The translations under genes were made by a program, and so were the position numbers. The notes under the pieces are model-generated. The model was not told the DNA's origin and searched no databases. It saw only the letters and a program-made list of their open reading frames with translations. 64,000 nt of DNA from Lytechinus pictus (lineage: Eukaryota), in assembly GCF_037042905.1 (NCBI RefSeq), contig NC_087245.1:43774001-43838000 (forward strand). The letters are read 5' to 3'. The stretch's first letter is position 1; each line of letters starts with the position of its first letter. This document shows positions 13,273 to 25,467 of this stretch, one piece after another.

Positions 13273-13571
13273 GTAGGTACACACATATATCTTGAAAGTA
13301 TAGACTTAAGTTGTGATGTAATACCTTAATCATGTTTTGTTTTTTTGCTTTGTTATATTGTAATTCGTAAATGCTGTGTAATGAAGATTTAGGCAAGAGC
13401 TGCTGGTCTCTATGAATATACCAATAAAGAAAAATAGTAATAGTAATAATAATTGTAGATGTCAATATATTGTTACATTCCATTCAAAATTAATTGTATT
13501 TAATAATTTGTTATACCGTGTTTACCTTGTGATGTTTTCCTCAAATGTTCCTGATATTGTATACACATTTT

Positions 13572-13959
13572 GGGTTACACTTCGTAATTCCGAAGGTTAT
13601 TTATTCTAAAGGTTCGTAATTCCGAAACACGTAAATTGCCTATACCTCGATGTTTGTTAATCCGAAAACGAAAAAGGGTTCTTTAATCCGAACATTTATG
13701 GCGTTATTCCGAAGGTTCGTTAATCCGAAAACTAAAAAGGTTCGTTGTTCCAAAGGTTCGATAATCCGAAAACGAAATAAGGTTCGTTAATCCGAAAACG
13801 AAATAAGGTTCGTTGTTCCGAAGGTTCACTAATCAGAAAACGAAATAAAGTTTGTTAATCCGAAAACGAAATATGGTTCGTTGTTCCGAAGGTTCGCTAA
13901 TCCGAAAAAGAAATAAGGTTCTTTATTCCAAAGGTTCATTAATCCAAAAACGAAATAAG
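13572..13959 (-). mobile_element. Truncated, inverted copy of the foldback element at 15122-15710
   Basis: Starts gggttacacttcgtaattccgaagg, the reverse complement of the end at 15710; same ccgaaggttcg and aaaacgaaat units. Confidence 0.8.
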
Positions 13960-15121
13960 CAGAGGAAGGGCAAGTGTGGTGGTGAGGGGGGGGGGGGGGG
14001 GACAAAGCCAAAAATGACACTCGTACGTCAAAATGGGCACTTTGGTGATATTTTCACCATGCGATTATCATTTGCGTGAAGTCATTGTGTCGAGAAAAGC
14101 ATTTTTGAAGTGACTTCTGATTATGGAAAGATGTATATTGAGGCTTTATTTTTCGCGAGAGAGTATAATGAGCGAGCGGTTTTGAAAAATTTCAAAGCTA
14201 AAGTTATAAAACTCGTTTTGGGGGCCAATTACTGTTAAAATTGCATCATTGCGAGTTGTTGTGAGCGTGAATCACAAGCTCAAACTTTAGGGCATTTCAA
14301 TAAGAAATGAAAATAAAAAATTCCGAGCAGGTTTCTGCTATCATTAAAAAGATGTGCATCTAACCATGGACCCTAGGATCCATGATCGAACTAAATAATT
14401 TTTTTGGAAATATGATGGGCAATTATTTTGTATTCTTGTTTTGAACAGAATATTGGCAGATGCAAGTGATGTTCCAATGAATTCAATTCAATTCACTTAG
14501 AAATAGGGTTTCCAATGTGAATTTTATAGTGTTGGTACAATAGCAACATCCTAAGGGGTGCTAATGAGCGTAGTTATTCTCATTTTTTCACCTTTATAGA
14601 CGTATTTAGAGACATTAAGCACCCTAATAGGGTACAGGGATCAACCTTATAAAAAGGTGCCAATTGAACCTTTCGTAACGTCAAGTATTATGTACCTTAT
14701 AAATGAAAGGTATAATTTGCTCCTTGTGGGTTGCAAACGAGCATTTCTTGGTGCAAATAATAATAGAAAAGGTAATCTTTTGCACTTTTTCCCATTCAAA
14801 CTAAACTGAGTCTTACATTATATAAGGGGGAAATGAAATAAAATTTCAAATAATAAGATAAAAAGATATATTGAGTCCCTCATTCGCATAACTAACAATT
14901 ACGAGCATATTCATGTAGTTGCGTTGTGAAAATAAATGAATGTTGAAAATGCTATATAACTTATTTTGCATCCGATTTATTATTCAACTCAAAATGTTGG
15001 TTACAGTCTAGAAATCTTTTATCAGTATTAATTATTTTTATGAACGGAATGATTGAACAATGCAACCTCTTTCAACTGCCTCCAAGACAGCAAAACAGAA
15101 TATCCTTACGCTCTAAATTTC

Positions 15122-15710
15122 CGGATACATTCGTAATTCCGAAGCTTCGTTATTCCGAAGGTTCGGATATTCCGAAGGTTCGTTATTCCGAAGGTTCGTA
15201 TTTCCGAAGGTTCGTAATCCGAAGGTTCGTTAGTCCGAAAACGAAATGAGGTTCGTAATTCCGAAGGTTCGTTAGTCCGAAAACGAAGTGAGGTTCGTAA
15301 TTCCGAAGGTTCGTTAATCCGAAAACGAAATGAGGTTCGTAATTCCGAAGGTTCGTTAGTCCGAAAACTAATGATTAACGAACCTTATTTCGTTTTCGGA
15401 CTAACGAACCTTCGGAACAACGAACCTTATTTCGTTTTCGGATTAACGAACCTTCGGAACAACGAACCTTATTTCGTTTTCGGAATGACGAACCTTCGGA
15501 ACATCGAACCTTATTTCGTTTTCGGATTATCGAACCTTCGGAATAACGAACCTTCGGAATAACGCCACAAATGTTCGGATTAACGAACCTTTTTACGTTT
15601 TCGGATTAACGAACATCGAGGTATAGGCAATTTACGTGTTTCGGAAATACGAACCGTCGGAATAAAGAACCTTCGGAATTACGAACCTTCGGAATTACGA
15701 AGTGTAACCC
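15122..15710. mobile_element. 589-bp foldback element made of inverted 15-16-bp tandem units, 8-bp TSD
   Basis: TSD taaatttc at 15114-15121 and 15711-15718. Left arm (ttccgaaggttcgta)n, right arm its reverse complement, switching at about 15370. Confidence 0.88.
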
Positions 15711-15786
15711 TAAATTTCAGTTGGTATCAATCATGTCAATTCGACCTCATTATCAATTATGCATCCCATGCCTCTATTTAACCTAG

Positions 15787-16054
15787 GTGGGAAATTTCAT
15801 GCGAAGTCCGAGGACCAAGTTCATGCTACACGCCGCCATGTATGTGACATTCTTGCTCATCCTTTTCCTTGAGTCAGTGGCCTCTAAAGGATTCCAAAAC
15901 GATTCCAATCAGGAAGACTTCATCCAAGAAAATCAAAATTGTACTTACTTTGCACAAGCCGTCAAGATGCAAACTTTCCACAAAGTTGATGATGTAAGAC
16001 TTCGACCAAACTGCTTTTCACCGCTTCAGATTCTGATCATCGTTTTTGTGATGG
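15787..16054 (+). CDS. TRPC: TRPC exon 6 (S1, extracellular loop, S2 start)
   Basis: VGNFMRSPRTKFMLHAAMYVTFLLILFLES...SPLQILIIVFVM. tag acceptor, gtaggt donor. Confidence 0.9.
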
Positions 16055-16666
16055 GTAGGTATACATTTCCAACTTTGACCTGACTGCTATAGCCTATCAT
16101 AATTATGTAACCCTCTTTGTGCACTGCACAGTAAAAATGTGTGTTAAAATAATCATGATAATCATGATCATAGGTGTTGAACTGACACCCGTTGTTGTCC
16201 CTAGAGGACCACACCGTAAGGAGTTACTTGGAGATTGCACCATAGAGTTTGAACATATACTGAAGAGTGAACATAATAATCAAAGGTATGTCTTTAGGTA
16301 ATATCAAGACTTTGATATCTGTTTTTGACGACTTGTGTATTCAGTCACAAAGAAGGGCTATGCATTTGGAAATATATTCGTCACACTGCTCTCTTGACCA
16401 TAAAAGAGATTACGATCATCTCTTCTCAGATTCGTCAGATGATCTTATTTGTTTTCTGAAGATATAGTTGAAATGCAGATATTGGTTGCTATATCACTAT
16501 TGCTCACATTCTACAATCACATTCGTTTTACATCGTCTCTTCGGTACATGAATTACATCTTATGCTGCATGCAGCCATACTAGTGAGAAAGACAGTACAG
16601 AATCATGTTATCAATTTAGATTCTCAATGTTAGAGACTTAATTTTACATGTACTTTGTTTGGACAG

Positions 16667-16906
16667 GTATGCTCTGGACAGAGATCAAGCAGATCTTCCG
16701 AGAAGGTTATAAGATTTATCTCCAATCATTGTGGAACTGGATCGACATCGCAATGCTAAACATTCTCATATCTTCCATCTTCATTCGAGCTGTTGTCGTT
16801 CACATGGTCAACGTGTCGATGGATTTCTTCGAGGAAAATGCTTATGGATGTGAAGTGGGCGGAAATAACACTATCAAAGAAAATCATCTTCGTTGGCTCC
16901 TAGCAG
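16667..16906 (+). CDS. TRPC: TRPC exon 7 (S2-S3)
   Basis: GMLWTEIKQIFREGYKIYLQSLWNWIDIAM matches the TRPC WxEIKQ...G..Y...WN.lD motif. cag acceptor, gtagta donor. Confidence 0.92.
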
Positions 16907-16962
16907 GTAGTATTATCATATGTTTAATATACTACTTTGCATGAATTAACGATAATGATAAT

Positions 16963-17190
16963 CCCTAAAGGAATCCCTATTCCTTGAAAACCGAGGGGAA
17001 TCATTGTTCCTTGAAAAGCCGAGAGGAATCATAGTTCCTTGAAAAACCTACATAAATCTTTGTTTCTCGGAAAACCAAGAGTAATCATTGTTCCTTGCAA
17101 ATCCTATAGGAATCTTTGTCCTTGAAAATCCGACAGGAATCCTTGTTACTTGAAATGAAAACCCTAAATGAATCTCTATTCCTTGAAAAA
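16963..17190. repeat. Minisatellite of about 28 bp, about 8 diverged copies, in TRPC intron 7
   Basis: Recurring ccNaNaggaatcNttgttccttgaaaa. Confidence 0.8.
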
Positions 17191-17273
17191 CAAATAAATC
17201 CTAATAATCCCTTTTTCCAAAGAGTGCATTGAATCTATCACAAACATCTGTCTGTTTTTCTATTTTTCTGTAG

Positions 17274-17529
17274 ACCGTAACGACTGGAGCCAGTACGACC
17301 CGACTTTGATTGCGGAAGCCTTATACGCAGTAGCAAACGTGTTGAGTTTCTCACGTCTCCTCTATATTCTCCCAGTGAATGAATTCCTGGGCCCCCTCAA
17401 TATCTCCCTTCAGAAAATGGTGGGTCAGATACTGCGTTTCTTCTCCGTCTTCATCGTGGTCTTCTTGGCTTTCTTCTGCGCTCTCACCAACCTCTACCGA
17501 AACTACCCAGATCAATCTAAGTTTAAAGG
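17274..17529 (+). CDS. TRPC: TRPC exon 8 (S4-S5)
   Basis: DRNDWSQYDPTLIAEALYAVANVLSFSRLLYILPVNEFLGPLNISLQKMVGQILRFF...LTNLY matches the TRPC GPLQISLGRM linker. tag acceptor, gtaagc donor. Confidence 0.93.
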
Positions 17530-17912
17530 GTAAGCTTGAAATGATACACTGGATGACGTTTTTATATAATATTAAAAAGATTAAAATGTAGAGTCTGGAA
17601 AGCATTTCATAAAAATTTATCGTCTGAGAAGCTGACAGATCAGACAACGTATTTTAAGTTTGTTACTAAAACGGAATTGTTGACTGGCTGAAAAGCAATT
17701 TTACCACATCAACTGTCAGATAAAATAGGGCTTGTAGGATAAAACAATTCCTTTCAAGAAACGCTCCCCAGGTCAAGGCTTAAGCAACCATCATATTATT
17801 AAATAGTTAAAGAGAATATCAGTAGCAGTTCCCCAATTCAGAATGATCAAGATAATCAGAATCGTCTACTAATTACTTATTTTTTTTAACTTATTTTATT
17901 TTCCGGTATCAG

Positions 17913-18135
17913 GTACGTTAACGCCATCCAAACCTTGATCTGGGCACTCTTCGGTCTCGGGGACTCTGGTGACGTCTCCTATCCTAACGATGCAACGTGT
18001 GATACAGAAACATGTGGTCAGAAGACGACAGAGTTTGTAGGTGTCTGTCTATACATGGCCTACCACCTAGTCATGGCTTTGGTCATGCTCAATATGCTGA
18101 TCGCCATGATGACAACATCCTTCCAGGAGATTCAC
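17913..18135 (+). CDS. TRPC: TRPC exon 9 (pore helix, filter, S6)
   Basis: YVNAIQTLIWALFGLG...TEFVGVCLYMAYHLVMALVMLNMLIAMMTTSFQEIH. cag acceptor, gtaaga donor. Confidence 0.94.
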
Positions 18136-19957
18136 GTAAGAACACCCAACACATACAAAATAATTACTGTCATGTTGTTGTGAAAGGGAAAATATGAAGA
18201 AGTACTAGTAAGAGAAGAAGACGGAAGAGAGGAGAAGGGGAAATGGAAGGAGGAGGAAACGTGAAAAAAAAAGATGCTGAAAAGAGGGAGAGGTTTAGGA
18301 GCAGAAAGTAAAAGAAGGAGAGGGAGGAGGAAAGAAGAAGAAGAAGGGGAAAGGAGAAGAAAGTGCAGAAGAGTGGCAAGAAGGAAATATATAACGAAAA
18401 AGGAGAAAAGAGGGAAAAGAATCTGAATAAAATGACAAAGATGATGATGAAGAAGAAAAATAAAAATAAAAATAAAAAAGTAGAAAAAAAGAAGAAGGAA
18501 AAAAATGAAGAAGATGGAGAAGACGACGAAGAAGAATGTGTGATGAAAGTACATCTAAATTTATGAATTAGCACACCAAAGTTAGCGCAGAAGTGATTTA
18601 GCACTTTTGTATATACTTTCACGATTGCATTACCTGATTATCAGATTTGTATCTAGCACTCCCTTAGTCAATGAGTACACCTACATAGCACCATGACAGT
18701 GCATTTGATTTTAGACATTAGGTTGTGTGAGGGACCAGGATTTTGCCCTTCAAAATCAGAAACATCCTGGCTCAGAATACATCTTTTTCTTTAAAAGAAA
18801 GCAAGCAAAGACGTGTAGTTTGCGTTTTATTTTATGTATTTTTAATCATGGTCTAAGCATAAAGTGAAATTTTAGAAATCTTTTTCTTTTCATGACAAAT
18901 GATAATGTGTATGTAGTATGTATAATGTATATGCATGTATGTACAAGCTTTAGCAGGCTCATTGCACCCCTTTGTAATATATTTATTTATTTATTTAGTT
19001 TATTTCCAGGCAAGAAAACATGACAGCAATAGAAACATTACAAAATAAATGTAAAATTGAGCACCAGCCAATGCCTGGGGATCACCTACGAGAATTTAAA
19101 ATTCTGTCGAGAGGTTCTCCACATTGGCTGGTGCCTGCATGGAATAACAAAAAATAGCAATAAATTCAAACATGTAATTACAATACTTCTATATAAATTA
19201 ACCTTCATCGTAATATGAAGAAAAAAACAAAAAACAAATCAAATAAAACTGATTAGTTATTACATGAAACTACATTTATTATATGATATATTGAGAATGA
19301 CTGGTGATTTATATTTGTATTCTTATAATTGTAATGAGAACAAAACTGAATTATGTTTGTAGTTTGAAACAAGCAAACCTATAATGAGTAAACATATATG
19401 TATAGTGGATAGAATTTGGAATTTAGTCAAGACAAGGCTGAGGTTTTCTAAAGAATTTATGTTGCTCTATTAGTATTTAAGATGTTTCATTTTGCTGGTA
19501 TTTATGATTCTTTTTTTCTTTATCATTGACTCCAGTTTTCACGGATTAATAGGACTAATTGTATTAATGGATTAAAAGGACTATGGATTAGATTCCTAAT
19601 GGTTAATTCGATATGATTGATTGTGCGGATTTGATAACGGATTGATAGATTAAACAACGAAATCCTATAGAGGCGTTTGTTACGCTTGTCTTTTGTTTGT
19701 CGACCTCACTACAGCCACAGAATGAGAAGAAGAAAAGGGACAAGAAGAAAAAAAGAAGAAGGATGAAGAAAAACGGAGAAGACAAAGAAGAAAAAAAAAG
19801 AGAAAGATATCACAAGAAGAAAAACGGAGAAGAGGAAGAAGAAGATGGGGAGAAAAAAGCGAAAGAATACAGGTTAGAAGTCGAAAAAATGTCAATTCTG
19901 AAGAAGAAATGATAATCACTGCACTTTGAGCCTTCCTCTCTGTTTTTTTTATTGTAG

Positions 19958-20155
19958 GATGATGAAGACGTTGAATGGAAATTCGCCCGCTCACAGCTCT
20001 GGATGACGTATTTTGAACGTGGCGCCACCCTCCCACTTCCCATGAACATCATCCCCAGCCCAAAGTCTGTCTACAACTTCTTCAAATGGCTTAAGAAAAC
20101 CCTCTGTCCAAATTGCAGGAGAAATACCAGCATCACGTTACAACAACTTCCCGTT
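19958..20155 (+). CDS. TRPC: TRPC exon 10 (TRP box)
   Basis: [37 protein letters not shown] contains the EWKFAR TRP box and proline-rich box 2. tag acceptor, gtaagt donor. Confidence 0.95.
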
Positions 20156-20750
20156 GTAAGTGTGTATACTTTTCACAATAGCAAATTATAAACAAGATAG
20201 AACTTATTACAATTATTATATCAGGGGAAAGCTTAGGGCTAAAGTCACAACTCAGAGCGGCGACCGACCGATTAGGAGCCTGCTCGGGCTCCGCTGGAAT
20301 TTAGGCATCGCCGAACGGTTTTTGTAGAAGTCGAGCGGGCTGTAAAAATACTTATGCTAAGTTCACACCAACGGCGAATGCCGCGCTTTAAATCGGCGAT
20401 TAATTCGGCGTCATTTTTGTTTACTTTTCAAAAAATATCACGATCTCCTCAGATATGTTATGCTCTGATACGCTCTGATACGAAGTTCGTTCCCGCTTTG
20501 GGCGACAAATTATTTCCCGAATCGCTACGGCTTCTTACGCTTGGATGCCGATTGATCAGGATTTATTACGCTTTAAATCACGCTCTGATATGCTTTATTA
20601 CTCTTTGATAAGCTTAGATGCGCTTATCACGCTTTTAATAACGCTCTGATACGATTATCAAGCTCTCTTGTGCATTGATAGGCTCTGTTAAGCTCTGTTA
20701 CGCAATGACAAAATTCGAGATTCTGATTGCATTCCGCCTCTGATCCAGAG

Positions 20751-20760
20751 TATATATAAA
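20751..20760 (+). promoter_or_regulatory. Candidate TATA box of the transposase
   Basis: tatatataaa about 30 bp before an Inr-like ccattg and about 55 bp before the ATG at 20810. Confidence 0.5.
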
Positions 20761-20809
20761 GGTGCAGCAGATACACGAAACCATTGCATCTTTGGTAGAA
20801 GAACAAGAT

Positions 20810-22135
20810 ATGGAAGTTCAATATGTACCAGAGTATGAACCATCTTATGATGTAGACATGACCTTTGTCTCACTGCTATATAACTACATCCTAGCCCTCG
20901 AGGCAGAGGAGAGAGAGGAAGAACAGCAAAGACAAGAGGAGATTGAACTACCAGCAGGAGGGAGAAGACCATTTATCAGGTGCTGCTGGACCAGGCCATG
21001 GCTCACTGAAAAAAGAAGACAGCAGTATGGCCAGTACACTATCCTCTTGGACACACAACTGAGGTAAGAGGACCCTGTTTCCTTCACAAACTTCACTAGA
21101 GTGACCCCTGAGGTGTTCGATGAGATCCTTGCGAGAGGGCAGGCACCAGTCATCCAGAAGCAAGAGACTAACTACAGGCACCCTTTGTCAGCTGGCCTCA
21201 AACTGGCAATCACCTTGAGACATCTGGCCACTGGGGACAACTACAGATCACTGGCATATGGTTTCAGATGTGGTATATCAACCATATCAGAGTTGATTCC
21301 AGGAGTGTGCAGGGCCATTGTAGAGGCGTATAAAGAGGAGGTCTTCAACATACCTACCACCCCTACCATGGAGCACCCTTGTCCAGCAGTTTGAACAGAG
21401 ATTGAATATCCCCCATGCAATTGGTGCCTTGGATGGAAAGCACATAGCCATTAGAAGCCAGCAAACACAGGCAGTCTCTACCACAACTACAAGGGGTTCT
21501 TCTCTATACTACTGCTGGCATTGGTAGATGCAGAGTACAAGTTCATCTGGATTGAGCTGGGAGGTAAAGGACACATGTCTGACTCCCAGATATTCACAGA
21601 CTCTGAGCTCTTCGAATGCCTAGAATATGGGTCCATAGGGCTGCCCCCACCATGCCCTCTCCCTGGAGAAAATCAGCCTGATATTCCCTACTTCATCCTG
21701 GGTGACGTGCTTTTGCCATGAAGAGCTACATGATGAAGCCATACAGTAGAAGAGGGATGATAGATGAACAGAGGATCTGCAACTACAGGATCTCAGGGGG
21801 GAGAAGAGTGGTGGAGAATGCCTTTGGCATCATGGCCAACAGGTGCCTGTTGGGAACAGAAGGTAGATAACGTCAGAGATTTGGTGGAGACTGCTGTGGT
21901 GCTCCACAACCTGCTGAGGAAGAGGGTGGTGCTGGCAGCCAATGCGGTGGACCACGAAGATGGGGCCTGGAGATATGGACCTCACTGGGAAGATGTTCCG
22001 CAACCACCTGCAAGGGGGAACCTCGCCACTGTGGATGCCAGACATCAGAGAGATCATCTCAGAGAATACTTCGTCTCTCCAGTGGGTGCTGTTGACTGGC
22101 AACAAAGAATGGCTGGGGTGGTACTTCCTGATTGA
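20810..22135 (+). pseudogene. Harbinger transposase (DDE_Tnp_4 / HARBI1-like), disrupted
   Basis: Motifs [61 protein letters not shown] and RRVVENAFG. In-frame TAA at 21065-21067 plus several frameshifts. Confidence 0.93.
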
Positions 22136-22758
22136 GTTAAGAAAGGAGTGGCTCAGATATCGTCAGAAGCAGATGATGAAGATAAAGACTTTTGTGTCTG
22201 GAAATAAGAACATTCTCCCATATGCACACTTTGTTTATTTTTAGTATAAGTTTGAAATAATTTTTGTATTATGCGTACTTGTGAAGATGTTATTATTATT
22301 ATTGATGTTATTGTTGTTATGTATTTCATCTGCTTGTAAATAATATAAATACAGACTTTATTGATTTTTTACCAATGAAAAATCAGATAATACTATTGTA
22401 AATCAGGAGTGGAAATTTAAAGGAATCAAGTTGCAGAATTTGAAATTTAGATATGTGCGATAAAAGATCTTTAAAATACGCAATTTTTGTTAAATTGATT
22501 ATAACAAATCATTACAAATTGATTTTCTTACTAATTAAACAATTAGTAAGAAAATCAATTTTATATGTGAGATAAATAACTCTTATTGTAACAGAGAAAA
22601 TAAAACAAAGGAACTAAAATATAAAACATTATATAATTAAAAAATGAAATATAATAAAAAATAAATAGAAAAAACTTTGTGGAAAACTCAGAGTTTTCAA
22701 CAGAGTTTTTATATATATATTTTTTTCTATTGCCTTTTCTATTTTATTATGTTTTATA

Positions 22759-23164
22759 CAGGGTGTCTCATAAAAAAAAATGCCCGGTACACTTCCGGTC
22801 GGTTTTTTTTTTGTTTCATTATGTTTTGTTTCATTGAAGAGACCAACTCTTCATTTAGTAACTGATCCAAGAATACAAAAATCACATTCAGTGGTTTTTG
22901 TGTTATAATACTTCTTGCAAAGGTCTGTAAGCGGTAAAAATCAGGCTGAACGAATCCTTAACTGTAGGGCCTATGGGCAAATTATCAAAGTACATGATTT
23001 TACTGCTTGCATCCCTTTGCAAAAAGTGTAATGAAATAAAAACTACCAAATCATATTTCGTGATGTTTTGGTCAGTTATAAAATGCTGCTCTTTCCAATG
23101 ATATCGAAATTGTTGCGCATTCCGGACCGGAAGTGTGACGGGCGTTTTTTTGTAGGACACTCTG
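22759..23164. mobile_element. Tc1/mariner-like MITE nested in the Harbinger element
   Basis: ta|cagggtgtctcataaaaaa...acacttccggtc and gaccggaagtgt...ttttgtaggacactctg form inverted ends. Confidence 0.7.
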
Positions 23165-24797
23165 TTTTTTTATTTCTTTTGTTTTATTTTTTTCTCTTTT
23201 TTGGTTGGGGGATTTGTGTGTATTTTGTATTGTTCACATAATTTTAGTTTAATATTTTCTATTTTTTAAAGGCATTTTATTATAAAATGCTTTTTTTTAT
23301 TTAACATATTCTCTTTTACTATTAAATGGAACATGTTATTACTTTGTACAAAAAGCATCAAACTTAACAAAACAAAATATTTATCAGTTTTTACATTTTT
23401 TCAAAACAATGCATCCAACTTTAGGCCCAAAACCATTAAAAATGTACAATTCGGGTTTCGTGATTTTTCAAAACCATTCTGACAACGAAAGAATGCAAGA
23501 GAACACACTAAATTTCAACTAAAAAAATATGGGCAAGAAATGTTGCAAACTTTTGATTTTTTCTGAAATTTGAAGCTGAAGATGCACATTTTACCTCTGT
23601 AACTTAGGTTACTGCGCTTATTTTTCTTTGACCATAATCATTCTGTTAAGGGGTGGATAATGAAACTATCCTTCGTTTGTTGGATAGTTTCGAAGATATG
23701 ACTATTCTTATTCCAATGTTTTTACTTTATTTTCATTCATTTGATGAGTTACTGTAACCGTGAATTAAGATATTGATAGATATGACGGAGGTTGTTAACT
23801 ATGTAAAGTTAGACTGTTCCTATTATTATTTTGATTCGTACACATAAAACTTACAGATAACTGCCAAATGCTTTTAGATGGATTTGTCTTACACATATTC
23901 TCAAAGAATCTGTCACCATGTGACAAAAGAAATAGTGACTGTTAAAACCTTGGTAATGTTTGTTACGCATATGAGTCACGTATGTTCATATATTAAACTC
24001 TAAAAAGAAGATAAATTGGTGAAAGAGCGTACAAAGTGGGGCCACCGCTTTGAACCAAGCTCTCTTAAACTCGGTTAAGCTTTGTGACACTTTGATAAGC
24101 TTTAAAACGCTCTCCCCGCTTTACGAAATCCGTGACAGATCGCTTCAAATTTTTAAACAGATTAAAAAAATTTGGCGCTCTTGCCGAATGTCCCGAATTG
24201 CTCAAAGCTTTCTCATGCTCTATTATGGTCTTTACGCTTTAATTAAGCTTTGTTACGCTTTGCCACCGCTTTGCAAGCCGCTTTAAAGCGCCATCAAAGC
24301 GCCGTTGGTGCGAACTTAGCATAGCGGTGGGCCGGTGGCCGAGCAGTGCCCGATCGATAACCCATTACTCAAGGCCAAATCTGTGTCAAATCGGGAAAGC
24401 TATTTGTTTGGCGTCCGAGCAGTGATCGGCTGACAACCCACCGAATCCCGGGCGGTCCCCCCACCGGCCACCGACCTGTTTTTAGGTAATCGCCCGTCCG
24501 ATCTTGAATTCGCCGCGAGATTATCGACCGATCTCTGACCGACCAGCGGCCGGCGACCGCTCGACAGCTGTTGATCCAACGAGTTCAATTTTTGACCTAA
24601 ATCGTTCGACGGCAACCGCTAGATTACGTCGGCGCCTGGGCGCCGAGCGTTTTTCGGACGGTGAGTGAAAAGTGAGCAGGCGCCGCCAGAATTTTAACTA
24701 CGCGCTAAATCTTGAGCGGCGACGGAGCGATGCCCCCCAAACCATGAGGGCCTCTATTCTTAAGTGGCATAATGCATAAGTACTGCTATTTATTTGT

Positions 24798-25083
24798 GGA
24801 GCGTTGCGGCCCAGTGGATTAGTCTTCGGAGTTTGAAACAGAGGGTCGTGGATTCGAATCCCAGCCATGGCGCAATATCCTTCGGCAAGAAATTTATCCA
24901 CATTGTGCTGCACTCGACCCAGGTGAGGTAAATGGGTACCTGGCAAGAATTTATTCCTTCACATGCCACCGCGCTGTAGAAGGCTGCGGGGCTAAAGGCA
25001 GGGTAATAATATCCAATTTTATTAGTGCGTAGGGACGCATTTGGCAGTGATATGCGCTATGTAAGCATGTTGCTATTATTATT
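24798..25083 (+). mobile_element. tRNA-derived SINE
   Basis: tRNA-like head with A box and B box (gattcgaatccc), body ...ggcaagaaatttatccacattgtgctgcactc...gtaaatgggtacc, (att)n tail. Three copies in the window. Confidence 0.85.
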
Positions 25084-25280
25084 CATGGTCTACGATCAGA
25101 ACAATTATTTGTAAAACCTGATAAAGGTCACTGGTCATGAAATATTTTGATGGTCAATTAGGACCACTATTCATTATAAAGAATGAAGATCTCTATTCAT
25201 GATAAGAGGGAAAAAAGGCCACTATAGTCATGATTCCAGAATAGGGTTGCTTCTCAGGATGTGAAAAAGGTAGCTATTCC

Positions 25281-25467
25281 GGGGGCTGTATCATAAAGCT
25301 GTTTGTAAGTTAAGAGAGACTTTAAGAATAACTGGTGATCCTTTCTTGTAGGAAACGATATTCACCATTAAATGTTCATTGGTGATTAACTAGCGCGTAA
25401 GAAAGTATCACCAGTCGTTCTTTAAGTTGCTCTTAACTTACGAACGGCTTTATGAAACACCCACCCG
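25281..25467. mobile_element. Short palindromic MITE; related copy at about 33225-33420
   Basis: cataaagctgtttgtaagttaagag...ctcttaacttacgaacggctttatg inverted arms. Confidence 0.7.

Larger units (their letters stand above)
20355..24321 (+). mobile_element. PIF/Harbinger DNA transposon (about 4 kb) in TRPC intron 10
   Basis: TIRs tgctaagttcacaccaacggcg / cgccgttggtgcgaacttagca; flanks tta/tag (imperfect 3-bp TSD); short subterminal acgctctgat-like repeats at both ends. Confidence 0.88.

Noticed and set aside
13572..15710. A single 2.1-kb element bounded by matching gggttacac/gtgtaaccc ends
   Set aside because: These ends share no TSD. The 8-bp TSD pairs 15122 with 15710 instead.
18132..18622. 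Phe/Leu-rich or Lys/Glu-rich ORFs (also near 2337, 19700, 28700-29300 and 60125-60448)
   Set aside because: They come from low-complexity purine or pyrimidine tracts with no domain signal.
20810..22135. Domesticated HARBI1 host gene
   Set aside because: It has a stop codon and frameshifts and lies between TIRs, so it is a dead transposon copy.
24798..24870. tRNA gene
   Set aside because: The tRNA-like head continues into a shared SINE body in all three copies, and the heads have diverged.
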